Assembly (NCBI RefSeq): GCF_006345805.1
Contig: NC_042999.1
Location: 71,610,001-71,674,000 of the forward strand
Source of the DNA: Octopus sinensis
Taxonomy: Eukaryota
Direction: 5' to 3'
DNA: 64,000 nt
Part shown: positions 11,950 through 25,011 of the stretch, one piece after another
Layout: every line of letters begins with the position of its first letter
Position numbering within the stretch: the stretch's first letter is position 1
Notes under the pieces: generated by a model
The model's input: the letters and a program-made list of their open reading frames with translations, nothing else
Told to the model about the DNA's origin: nothing
The model's database searches: none
Program-made: the position numbers and the translations under genes

Positions 11950-13032
11950 TGGACATGAGTTAGAATAAGAACAGTAATAAACGAGTGAAGAACGAATATA
12001 TAGTGCGTGTGTTTATTTGGCAAAATAAATAAATAAACGACCGTCTCAAAATACAACAATAACTCTTTCAATACATGACTTTACATCAGAAATCTTGCAA
12101 CACAAATTAATAAATTTTTAATATTGCTTTTGTTAATGTTTACGTCCATATCAGCTGTTATCCAAAAGTTCTATGATCGAAAGCGTTCCAGAGATTATCT
12201 CCTCATCTTTGTTTTTAGCCATATCATATCTAGAACTGTATTATCCAATGTACTATTCATTTTCAAGGAGGTATTGTATGAATTGTGAAAGAATTGGAAG
12301 CATTTGTAAAGATTTCTTTATTGGTTCGACTAAATATATATTGTCAGGACAATGGGGGTACCTATTTCTATAGAGAAACTGAGAGGCGTTAATTGCTGAA
12401 AACTAAGATGGTCGTTCATATGTCCAAATACTTACATTAATTATTTATGCATTTCCAGGTGTGAAACGTATATAACGGCAGTTTGCTAAGAGCATTCAGG
12501 CTTTTGTTGTCAGAATTAACGAAACTTAGATGTCACCAATAATAAATAATCCCACGCGTGAAATAATATAAATGCATTTAGCAGAAGGAAATTTAAGACA
12601 ATAAAACTATATTACCAATCCCATCGTTGGAAAACATTACTTTAAAGTGTTATTCCTCCTTAATTAAGATGCAATAAGCTTCATTAAGTGTATAGCTCAT
12701 TATTTAATGAAAAAAGTATTGTTTTTTCTCTTCAGAGATCTTAAACAAAATGAACAGGAGAAAGACGTGCAAAATATCAAGTAAAAGAAGGGTTTATGTA
12801 GTTGGTGCCAAATTTTATTTATTCAGTCGCCAGCACGCATTTGGGAGTCCCATGAAGAAAACAAATTCCCATTCCCGATCGGTAAACTCATCAATATAAC
12901 TTTTACTGCGTAGAGAAATGTGCAAAAGAAATAGAAGTCAATTGCAATCGTTTATAGAGGCGTTACTTTCTGCTGTAAATTACCTGATCCATTGTATAGG
13001 ATGATTTGCAACGTTAGACTAAGATATATATA

Positions 13033-13072
<40 letters not shown>

Positions 13073-13945
13073 GCGTAAGGGTGTGTGTGTCATGTGTGTG
13101 TGTGTTTGTGTGTGTCTGTATCATAGATATACGTATATATGTGCATACATCTGTATATATATATATCTATATATATATATATATACATACATACATACAT
13201 ACATATATACATATGCTTACATACATACAAACATACATACATACATACATACATACATACATACATACATACATACATACATACATACATACATACATAC
13301 ATACATACATAAATACATACAAGCTTTGTGTAACTAGGGCATGTAAATGTTCTAAAAATACGCGTAAAAGAAAATAATATAAACGGTACATAACCAATAA
13401 ACCAATTTAGCAGAAAATAGTTAGGATTTCGCATTTCCAAACATGCCTACTGGAGGTAAATTTTAACTCCAGCACAAAACGTTACTATATGGACATGAAA
13501 CATAATAATTGTAAATACTTTAAAAGTTTTGCCTTATTAGGCATTCTATTTTGTTCATTTTAGCTTCCGGCAATGAATTCGTATAGAATTATTTTTATGT
13601 ATATCAATAATAAACACACACACACATGCATATTAATAACAACACATTGAACACATACAGACATATGAACCATAAACACACACAAATATAAATGTATATA
13701 TTTGTGTGTGAGAGAGACAGAGAGAGAGAGAGAGAGAGTGTGTGTGTGTGTGTGGTGTGTGTGTGTGTGTGCATATGTGTGTATATGTGCTTGTATAATT
13801 GTATCTTAGTTCCTTGTCTATTGCAAAAATGCTTGTTATGAAAATCTCTCTTAAAAATTATTTATGGTAATACCCATATTATCACATATAATATATATTC
13901 AATGTAAAATGGATATTCACTCGGGCATGTAATCATGCTTCTATG

Positions 13946-13997
<52 letters not shown>

Positions 13998-14269
13998 GTA
14001 AGCTACTACAAAGGAGGTAAATATCGATCATTACGATACAAACGGCCATAGGAAGAACCATGCTAGGAATTTCATCCCGTGTGCATGTCCAAAATGCAGC
14101 AATTTGAGAAGAAGCGGAGTGAAAAATATATTAATATTATTATTATATCTTGTCTGTTGAAAATCTATATTTCGTGCAGCTGAAGAGAGCGCTGCATTTA
14201 AATTGATGTTATGATTACAATGTCCAATTAAATGGAACCTCTTGACACTGTCGTACTGCATTGACAATT

Positions 14270-14910
14270 TTCGTAAAGTTTGTAGCTGAGATTACACATA
14301 TTGCAGTAAATAAGGCTGGAAGAAGTGCAGCAGAAGAAATCCCTAATGTACAGGTTGTACTGCTTGGATCCGGTGAGGGACGCGGTGCTAGAGATGAAGA
14401 GACATGTGTGGCAACAGGATCTGAAGCAAAGGAAGGATCCGAGTTGTGTTGGAATGGAGAGAGTGGGTCCAACGGAGCAGTAGTTTAAAGGAGGACAAAG
14501 GTGCCGTAGGGAAAATAGGGATAGTGGTGGGATATAGCAGGAGGTGACGTAAGGCCCGTAGGGTCCTCTGATGAAGGGGTGGCAAAGGAGGGGGAGGGGA
14601 TGTGTTTGGGGGTTCGGTGTGGGGAAGGAGACCGGGCGGTGGTGCGATCGATTTGACGAGCGCGGGTAAGGGTACATTGGACTAGGGTGGATGGATATCC
14701 GCGACGCATGAACAAGCGGGCCAGATACGGGTACTGGGTTTCGAAATGCTGATCGCGCTTGCACAGGGTTCGGAGGCGGAGGAACTGGGAGTAAGGGGTG
14801 GCCCATTGGGCGTGGAAGGGATATGAGGGGGAAAATTTGAGGGAGAGCGGGAAGTCCGTGGGTTTGAAGATGGCGGAGATAGTGAGAGAGTGGGTGGAGA
14901 TCAATGGGGG
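14270..14910 (-). mobile_element. Penelope-like element fragment (RT C-terminus, Cys-rich linker, start of GIY-YIG)
   Basis: IFKPTDF...PYSQFLRLRTLC...RRGYPSTLVQCTLTRARQIDR, then IRDFFCCTSSSLIYCNMCNL. These are typical PLE motifs. Confidence 0.8.
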
Positions 14911-15150
14911 GAGAGAGAGAGAGAGATATCCAAGAAGTTTACAGAAATGCCAGGGATGGTAGAGGTAAATTGGAGAGTAGGATGAAAGTTAGAAATGAAA
15001 AAGATAAAATTGGAGAGTTGTTCGCGGGAGAGAGAGGTGGCACGAGTACCGTCGTCTATATAGCGACCGTATATGGTGGTCGGTTCGATAACTGTGAGAA
15101 TATTGTTTATATATATTATATATATATATATATATTATTATATATATATA

Positions 15151-15183
<33 letters not shown>

Positions 15184-15687
15184 CTCCATAATAATTCAAA
15201 CACTTTTTCTTACATCCACTTTCACCATTATGTTACAGACGTTAGAAAATTATTTATAAATATCACTACGATTTTCTATCTCTTTTATCCATAGCTAGAT
15301 TCTCAATTCATATTGCAATTTTTTAAATAATTAACATTAAAATATAGAAACGTATATTTCTTTGAAAAATCTTTCTTACGAATTTACCTTAGCCTTATCT
15401 CTCCTACATTGTTATCAAATTCAACTTCTCTCTCAAAAAAGAGAAACTCTTTTATCAACACTAATTTTTTTGTCATTTGAATTTCAAGTAACTTACATAA
15501 AATTATACTAAATATTTGTATTTCTTATTCTAGGAATTTTTCAAACAAATTTCTTTTTAATATACACCATGATTTATTTTCATTACTTCCATTGTATAAC
15601 TCTTATAACTGTCAACGCATATTCAAATTTAAATAAGTATGCTGTCCCTTTGGGCGCTTATTTATTTATACACACCACAACACACAC

Positions 15688-15724
<37 letters not shown>

Positions 15725-16496
15725 TATATATATATTATATATATATATGCATATATACACATATATGTATGTTTATATGTGTGTGTGTATGTGTGTGTGT
15801 TTGTGCGTGTGTGTGTGTGTGTGTATGTGTGGAAAAAGCCAAGGTGGAAAATACTAAAATACTCTTACAAAAAACATTTCAGTACCAGTTCCAGTCATTG
15901 AGACTTTTTCAACTCTAAGTATTGGAAAAAAATTAAATTCCGGAAAAAATTAAAAAAAAAGTTTTTTAAAAGAATATTTGCATAGTATTCAAATACAAGG
16001 AGCATTTTTCTCTCTGTCTCTCTCTTGTTTACTCTTGTGGGTTCGAGGTCGTTGTGAATTCTTGACAGTGAAGAAGAAGAAGAAGAAGAAGAAGAAAGAA
16101 GAAGAAGAAGAAGAAGAAGAAGAAGAAGAAGAAGAAGAAGAAGAAGAAGAAGAAGAAGAAGGATGAGGAGGAGGAGAATAAGAATAAGAAAGAGGTGGAG
16201 AAGAAGAATGCGGGAGGGCTATGATAGTAGTAGAATGTTAAATGGTCAAGTGACCTGGAAGTGAATTGTCGTGGATTGTAGTAGTGATTGAATTCTTGAG
16301 GTATCTCTTTTGAATGTTTTCTTTATAAATTTTGTGTAGTTGTTATTCTAAACAGCAATAGTGGTAAAGTTAGACAGGAAGTGGCGGAGAGGAAGAAGAC
16401 GAAGAAGAAGGAGAAAGAGAAGGGTGAATAAGAAGGAATGTAAGTGGTATGATAGTAGTAGAATGTTAAATGGTGAAGTGACCTAAAGGAGGTTCG

Positions 16497-16528
<32 letters not shown>

Positions 16529-16934
16529 TATATATATATATATATATATATTATATACATACATATATATATATACATATGTATGTATATATATATATGT
16601 ACGTATGTATGTATGTATGCCTGTATATATATATATATATATATGCATATTAATTCTTATGATAAATACTTTATATGGAATGTATATCACGTAATTACTT
16701 ATCTTCATATAAAGAGAAGTTTTCTTAAACATTTTCACTTATATTTCCAAATATCCGTTAGCCGCGTCAGTTATACTTTATTCACAACTAGTCTTAACAA
16801 TACCTAAGCCTGTTTTTATCTTTCATCTTTCATAATCATATTATGCCTATCCAAATATGTTATGCGACACTCACTCCATCTAGTTTTCTGTAACAATATA
16901 ATATTCTGCAGATGTATTCTTTTTTTATGTATTC

Positions 16935-17049
16935 GCACTGAGGAGAACGGTAGTATGTCATTAATGTAATTATAATTATAATTAAATTAATTTTAATTTT
17001 TTTCCATGTTTCTTACATGTTAATATTACCGTTCGAAACGATCGTATGC
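16935..17049 (+). ncRNA. Type I minimal hammerhead ribozyme motif with a 74-nt AT-rich loop II
   Basis: GCA-CTGAGGA (16938-44); stem II GAACGGTA/TACCGTTC (8 bp perfect); GAAA (17035-38); palindromic stem III ACGATCGT; GUA cleavage triplet (after 17046); stem I GCA/TGC. Confidence 0.7.
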
Positions 17050-17146
17050 ATGGATTAAAATTCTATGAAAATTTTAACACCTAGTCTTCTCCATCATTAA
17101 TTGTACGTTGAGTTTCAATAGAATACGTGCCCTATAAATTCTCATA

Positions 17147-17187
<41 letters not shown>

Positions 17188-17760
17188 TATACATACAGAT
17201 ATAAAACTAAGTATGGTTAATTTACTAAATTAATTGAATTAATTAAAATTATCAATTAATTAGAAGATAAGGGATAATATATGAAAATTTAAGTGCTACT
17301 ACAATACTTAGAAAGACTTAAGAGGAAATATTAAAAGAGAATATAAAAAAAACTGACAATATATGAGTTTATTCAGACATGTGCTATCATAGAAGAATTC
17401 AGATAAAAGAAGAAAGTTAGATGCAGAGGAATAGAGATATACACAACGAAGAATATACGGGGAGGAACTACAAACGTGTTTCGTGGTCTGCTACCACAAC
17501 AGCTCCATTATAGGATCCAGTTAGCTCAAGACATCATCAGGAGGAACCACGTCCGGTTTCGGCCCCTACTCCTCTACCGTTTTGACGTGGCGGGGCCCCC
17601 CCTTTCGGAGGTGTCTTCAGCTCTGGTGTTGGGTGCATGTCTTCTTTCTCCTTCTTTCTTCTGTTCCCTGGCCTCTTCGATGTATCGTTAGTGAGTGTCA
17701 GTCGGTGACTGACTATCTTGTCAAAGCTTTCCCTTTAAATACCTGCTGCATAGTCTCCAG

Positions 17761-17965
17761 CAGGCAGCCCCAGCAAGTTGTCACGTGACACTGTCTCACC
17801 TTAACTGACTAGTGAAGGCGCGTAGTTTTAGCCCGCGCTTTTACTAAACGACCGTTACCTGACAGGCAGCCCCAGCAAGTTGTCACGTGACACTGTCTCA
17901 CCTTAACTGACTAGTGAAGGTGCGTAGTTTTAGCCCGCGCTTTTTCTAAACGACCGTCACCTGTC
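17761..17965. repeat. Tandem dimer of a 102-bp GC-rich unit inside an unclassified element (about 17440-18030)
   Basis: caggcagccccagc at 17761 and 17863. The two units differ at only a few positions. Confidence 0.9.
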
Positions 17966-18890
17966 AGTCAGCTTGTCTCACCGAATGGTGTTATTTCCTG
18001 TCGGCGTGTTTATGACTTTCAAGCCATTTTCGGTCTTGTAGATATATATATGTGTATGTGTGTGTATTTATGTATGTATATGTGCTTGTGTGTGTGTATG
18101 CGACTGTGTGTATGTGACTGTGTATGTATGTGTATATACATGTTTATATATGAAACACCTAATGATTTCACTTTTCTACTCCCATAATTTAATAATCGGT
18201 CTATTTTTTTTTTTATATATCACCATTTATCATATTTTTGCATAAGTATGTCTGCATTAACATTATTGTTATTAATATTAATGTATGACAATAACTATTT
18301 TTATAACTATATATATATATATTTATTTATATTATGTGTTATTTGAATGGTTCACTGTATTTTTCCTCTTTGTCTTTTCAATGTTTATATTATGTTTTCA
18401 ATATGTTATATATAAATTTCTTTCTACGTTCTTCCCTGGTGATATCCAGGCTTATAATAACTAATCAAATTGATTTAATTAAATTCAAATTTGATTGATT
18501 TTATGCTATAAACGAGGAATTGAAACAATTGTAGGTCTTGTCAATGTGTTAATAATTTTTTATTGATATTATCTCCATCTTTTGTCTTCGTTTTTATAAT
18601 AACAATCTATATGCGAGTGCCTATATTATAAGGTATTCAATCTGTCTAATCTTGGATATTTTTCTCCCTCAGCTCTTTATATATCCTCCCCTGTTCTTTA
18701 ATATATATACATACATATATATATCTATATATATATATATATATTATATATATATATATATTATATATATATATATATATATACAATACGTTCATGTATA
18801 TAATATACATATATATACACATACACATATATATATACACAATGTATGTATATATAGAATATATATATAATATATATATATATATATTAT

Positions 18891-18936
<46 letters not shown>

Positions 18937-19229
18937 AAGGTCACGCTTTGATCATATACCTATATGGAACGCAATGTTCTCGTTTAGAGCGGAAGGAAAA
19001 AGCTATCGCGTGATGTTGGATGAAGTGCAGCATATAAATTATACCAAGCAATGTTGACAGAATTCCATCCGTGTCCAATTATATCTAATGATTTATTGAA
19101 CCTCAAGTGCTCAAGGTAGATTTCATATGATAAACAAACTACTTCTCGTGGTTAAGCATAATAGTTCCATTTCTTAAATATACTAGCTTATATACAGAAA
19201 CATACATACATACATACATACATATGTAT

Positions 19230-19367
<138 letters not shown>

Positions 19368-19379
19368 CATATATGCATA

Positions 19380-20720
19380 CACACACACAACATAAGTATG
19401 TTTATTTGTATGTATCTCTGTGTGTGTAGGCAGAGTGCATGACCGTATGTATTTGAGTTTGCACGCACATTATAACATTCACTTGTCATTGATATCTGTT
19501 TTATTACGAATATGCTTGAAGATACTATCAAACTCCGACTTGGATAAAATTTCTTTCTAAAAGCATTACATGATGTTGACAATAAAATGAAATCAAAGCA
19601 TCAATATATAACAACAGGTGAAAGTGTCCCTGTGAACACAACTAGCAGATAGACACATTAGTGAATTTTTCCAATTTAATTATGTTATATATGTACAATG
19701 ACATGAAAACATACGGGGAATAATGTTTTACTTTTTTTCGGGTTAATTCGTGTGTCTTAACATCCGGAAGCAATACACGAGAATTACTGATGGCGTAGTT
19801 AAATACATTCCGATTACACTTGTGTAAGGTGTGTATTACAAGCGGTTATGCTGTCTGCGAATGGGAAATAATAGAAGTAAATGATCAGGTAACACAACCG
19901 GTGTGAGGTATAGCGACTCACTGATACAATATAACGGGGACGTGTAGATGTATAAGTGCTAGGTCAATATTTCAATGCCTCTTCAGTTGCTATATGCTGC
20001 AGAACCCGTCTACACAAGAGCACATAATATACTTATACACACACACAACACACAACACACACACACATAAGTAGGTTTATTGTATGTATCTCTGTGTGTG
20101 TAGGCAGAGTGCATGACCGTAGTGTATTGAGTTTGCACGCCATTATAACATTCCACTTGTCATTGATATCTGTTTTATTACGAATATGCTTGAAGATACT
20201 ATCAAACTCCGACTTGGATAAAATTTCTTTCTAAAAGCATTACATGATGTTGACAATAAAATGAATCAAAGCATCAATATATAACAACAGGTGAAAGTGT
20301 CCCTGTGAACAACAACTAGCAGATAGACACATTAGTGAATTTTTCCAATTTAATTATGTATATATGTACAATGACATGAAAAATACGGGGAATAATGTTT
20401 TACTTTTTTTCGGGTTAATTCGTGTGTCTTAACATCCGGAAGCAATACACGAGAAGTACTGATGGCGTAGTTAAATACCTTCCGATTACACTTGTGTAAG
20501 TGTGTATACAAGCGTTATGCTGTCTGCGAATGGGAAATAATAGAGAGTAAATGATCAGGTACACACAACCGTGTGAGGTATAGCGACTCACTGATACAAT
20601 AGATAACGGGGACGTGTAGATGTATAAGTGCTAGGTCAATATTTCAATGCCTCTTCAGTTGCTATATGATGCAGAACCCGTCTACACAAGAGCACAAATA
20701 TACTTATACACACACACACA
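19380..20720. repeat. Tandem duplication of about 670 bp; the second copy carries many 1-bp indels
   Basis: 19380-20040 versus about 20060-20720, same text with scattered single-base insertions and deletions. Confidence 0.85.
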
Positions 20721-20799
20721 CACACAACCACCACAACATACACATATATGTATGTATATATATAAATACATAGTACGTAACACACATATATAGTTTCAT

Positions 20800-20855
<56 letters not shown>

Positions 20856-20899
20856 TATGTACTACGTATACATATTGTGTATATATATATATGGTTATA

Positions 20900-20932
<33 letters not shown>

Positions 20933-21767
20933 ATATATATGTATGTATTTTTGCGTGTGTTGCGTGTTTGTGGTATGTGTGCGTGTTATAGACACATGTG
21001 TTTACGTGAGTGATTGCGTGATGTGTGTTTGTGCTTTTATACAATATAAATAGGCCTCATAGCCGAAAGAGTGAAAAGTCCATTTCACAATGTCAATGGT
21101 CGAGATTTCACCCCACTGTTTGTCTCCTCACGTGAATTTCCTTTCCTATAGCCTCTAGTCAATCAAGACCTGGAAGGGAAATTGAATGCGTATTACAAAA
21201 ATTAAAAAAATTCCATCTACGGGCGTTTCAGAGACGTGCCAAGTAGTGTGATATATTTCATGTTTTTAAAACTGACACTCGCCTCATTAGGATGGTTTAA
21301 AACAGTACAGAAAAAACAAATACAGAAATACAATTATACAATTACATACCAGCCACTCGAGGAAAAAAAAACTTTTACTTTTTAAATTTTTGTAATATTT
21401 TCGTGGTATTTTAGTACGTCCTTTTAATGTTTTATCATATCAAATTTTTTATTACACCATTGTATTATAACTTCTAAATTTAAAATTCACTTTGTTTTAT
21501 ATATCGATTTTTATCTATTCATACGTATTTTTATATTTATGTTTTTGTAATTTTTATATCCGTTTTATAAATGTAGAAGAATATATGTATAAATTTGATT
21601 TTGAGTGTGGTCATTACTTATGTTCCTCTAGTTTCTGCTTGTATTGCCTCCATTCAGATTATTAAGCGGAATATAGCTCACTTGGAGCACTACAACTTTA
21701 GTCTGTATTTTATTTGCGAGTATTGTTAGTATTAGCAATCTCAAAATCAAGTAGTGTATTTAATATA

Positions 21768-21810
<43 letters not shown>

Positions 21811-22179
21811 GAGCAAAACGTCCCCCCACCTTCCAATGGATGGTGCTGAGTTGTCAAACGTTTAACCTAAATTTTCTTAAAACAACTTGTCCGACCGTAC
21901 CATAGGTCTCCCCTTTGAGAAATACTGATTTAACCTAAATTTTGAGAAACACTGATTTAACCAAAATTTTATACATATATAATTAAGGTAGGCAGCGGTT
22001 TAGCAATGTGTTACAGAAAAGTAAGACTAAAATGTTCATTAAACATGACTAAGGTTGTCAGAACACCTAAAATACTAGAAATAGGAGCTAAACCGCTCTA
22101 ATGCTGCAGTCAACGGACGTAATTGCATACATACATACATACATACATACATACATACATACATACATACATTCATTCT

Positions 22180-22490
22180 GATAGGTTACCTAGGAGTAAC
22201 TGTTGATAACGATTGCAGCTGGAATGCCCACGTCAACGATAAGGTCAATATAGCTCGTAGAAGGATGTCCTGGATCCTACTGTAAGAACCTTCCTTCTCC
22301 TTTGTACGGCCACACCTCGAATACTGCTGTCTTCCTGTGGTCGCCCCATATAAAACATTTCGAAAACTCAAGCAGTCCAGGGGTCATTCAGTAAAAGAAT
22401 TAAGGGCATGATTGATCTCGATTATCGGGACCACCTTAAAGCATTAAAACTATCCTCTCCAGTGCTCCTGTGAGCGATACATGATTTCCA
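22180..22490 (+). mobile_element. CR1-clade LINE RT C-terminal fragment
   Basis: LGVTVDNDCSWNAHVNDKVNIARRRMSWIL...FVRPHLEYCC..WSP...KRIKGMIDLDYRDHLKALKL. Frameshifted. Confidence 0.75.
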
Positions 22491-22792
22491 CGATGTGAAG
22501 AATATAGCTAATCCTATAAGGTACTGCTATTAAGTTAGACATGACCTGGACCAATCCTTGTTCGAAACATGGCTAAGTTATCTAAGTACAAATTTAATAT
22601 TCTTATGCAAGAACGTTGTTCACAGTGCCTTCGAAGTTTCGGACTACTAAACTATCGTCGCAATACGACGACGGCTTCACTTCAAAGTCACTGTCAACAA
22701 CATGCGTGTATGAAATAATATATATATATATATATATAACGGCGGTGCATCAGCATGGCCGCAGCTCTGAGCTGAAACTAGAGAGAAAAAAA

Positions 22793-22892
<100 letters not shown>

Positions 22893-24102
22893 AACACACA
22901 CACATACATTTTGACATATAACAGTATATACGGATAAAATTATTTTCAATTTCTCTGCAAGCTATATTGGAATTTAAGTGAATATAAATACACAAATACA
23001 CCCGCAAATGTGTATGTGTGTGTGTATACATGTATATATGAGTATGTTTATGTGTGCGTGTGTGTCTATACATACATGTTTGCCGCACGTGTAGATACAT
23101 GCACACACGCACACACATATCTACATAAGTGCGTAGATATATATGTGCGTGTTCCAGGTAAGTCATCCTGAATCTCTAAGTATGCAAATGTGCCTGTAAC
23201 ATCTGCACAAAATAATACTTTCTATTTATTTCTAAAAATTTCTCACAAAAATTGTAGTTTCGTTTATTCAACAGCAAATGCAATGCAAGCAAGACAGTTT
23301 TTAAGATCAATATATAGATATATATAAAGATCGAAGATGTAAATACCTACATATGTACACACATGTAGATATACCTGAATATCTACATATATACATATAC
23401 ATACATACATATATATGTGTGTGCGTATGTGTGTATGCGTATGTATATATATAGACGCACGCACACACACATATACACATACACACATACGTGCTCACGA
23501 GAATCAACAGCTATAATAGCAACTACAAAGTGAACATTCAAAAGATTGATATCTCCCATGGTTTTATTTGCAGCAGAAACAAAATTCTTTCTTTTAGTCA
23601 GACGCGTCTTGGGACATTAAGTTCAGGCCTCTTTTTGTTATCCTCAGGCATCAGCAGGTAGTTCATTGCGCACACACTCGCACACATCTTCACATACGTT
23701 TTGCCATCCACCTGCACACGTACCCGCGCACACACACAAACTCACGGCCAGATTCACACAGACAATCATCTACATATATTGTTAAAGACATACACTCGCA
23801 CACAGCTGCATACATGCCTGCTTAGAGACATGCATGCGTACACAAAAACCCACGGGTCTTTTATCATACTGAACTAGAACAAAATGTCCTACATACCTGC
23901 GCATGCACACCACTCGGTTATAGTGGCGCGAGTGCATATTTGTTTTCACACATACAGTAGTAAAGTTCTTTATATAGGTCACTAAGTCCTGCAAGTTTAT
24001 ATGTCCTTAGTCCACGATCATATGATATACACATTGTACTTCGCAGAAAGTTGTGCTTTACATGTATCCAGCGTCTTTGCCCCAGGCATTATGTTTCATG
24101 GA

Positions 24103-24543
24103 TCAATCAATGTTCTGGCTGATTAGTGCACTAAGTTCATTCGCCAAGTTTATGGTAGTGATGATATCAACCAGTATTCCACAGAATTTTGTCGACATGA
24201 GCAATACTGGTGTATATACGGAGTTAGATTGGATGAAGTTGAAGATGGTATAGTTATGAGAGTGTAATAAACTTATGCAAAAATTGTGAGTATTGCCACC
24301 ATGTAAATTTAAAAGACAGCTGTGAACTGGCGTTCTCGTAGTTGTTAAAGTGATTTCCGATCTGGTTAATTTTTGGAATATTCTATTTCTATACTGTTCA
24401 CAGTAGATCTCTATCTCTATCTCTTTCCGCTTATTGAGAAATCGTCCATTGTTGCTTAATATAATCTCCAAACTGTCTGAATTAGTTAGTGGGCAGGGAC
24501 GGAAAAATAGGATTAAAAATCTAGACGAATACCTGATAAACAC
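24103..24543 (-). CDS. Non-repetitive 146-codon open frame, unknown protein (possible exon or pseudo-exon, weak cadherin-like pattern)
   Basis: Longest non-microsatellite, non-TE open frame seen. Possible acceptor cactaactaattcAG upstream of DSLEIILSNNG. No recognisable family. Confidence 0.3.
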   Translation of the reverse strand: MFIRYSSRFLILFFRPCPLTNSDSLEIILSNNGRFLNKRKEIEIEIYCEQYRNRIFQKLTRSEITLTTTRTPVHSCLLNLHGGNTHNFCISLLHSHNYTIFNFIQSNSVYTPVLLMSTKFCGILVDIITTINLANELSALISQNID

Positions 24544-24963
24544 TCAGTAGGGATCAAACTAAATAAATTATCCAGTGAGAGCCATTGTAATCCATGTCTG
24601 CCCTAAAATTACTTCCGGGTGGCTGTACAATTTGTAAATCCGGATTTGTAAACTCCAAATAATTTAGAGACAAATTTAGTGAAAAAAGTCACCAAGTACA
24701 AAAGCATAACACAGAGAATGGAGAATTATATATTGATTCACTCACGCGAGGAAGACGTTTCGTGATTTAGCAATGCACGCAGATTAATCGATCAGATATT
24801 TGATCGACTGAGATACTACAGAGAATGTTAAATCTTAGAAACTTAGTCGATGAAATACGAGATCGATTAATAAATATGTGATTGCTGCATCGCAAAATGC
24901 GATCCTATCCGAAATGCGCGTAAGAAAATTAAAGAATGTATAATTCTCCATTCTTTCTGCTTT

Positions 24964-25010
<47 letters not shown>

Positions 25011-25011
<1 letters not shown>

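Noticed and set aside
12140-12560. Splice-like signals on plus (12155-12270, 12459) and a protein-like minus frame
   Set aside because: No exon combination gives a sensible product, and the minus frame has frequent stops consistent with chance.
17470-17620. Two minus-strand CTGA(T/A)GA...CGAAAC combinations
   Set aside because: Stem I cannot form (flanks are direct repeats) and cleavage triplets are non-canonical.
21150-21241. Possible 92-nt exon after tttcctttcctatAG
   Set aside because: Weak donor, lies next to a low-quality-looking region, no homology recognised.
23596-23660. Minus-strand CTGAGGA...CAAGACGCGTC
   Set aside because: GAAA is absent and there is no convincing stem II.
24755-24890. 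Imperfect long hairpin next to CGAAACGTC on the minus strand
   Set aside because: No intact CTGANGA in the right position; too decayed to call.
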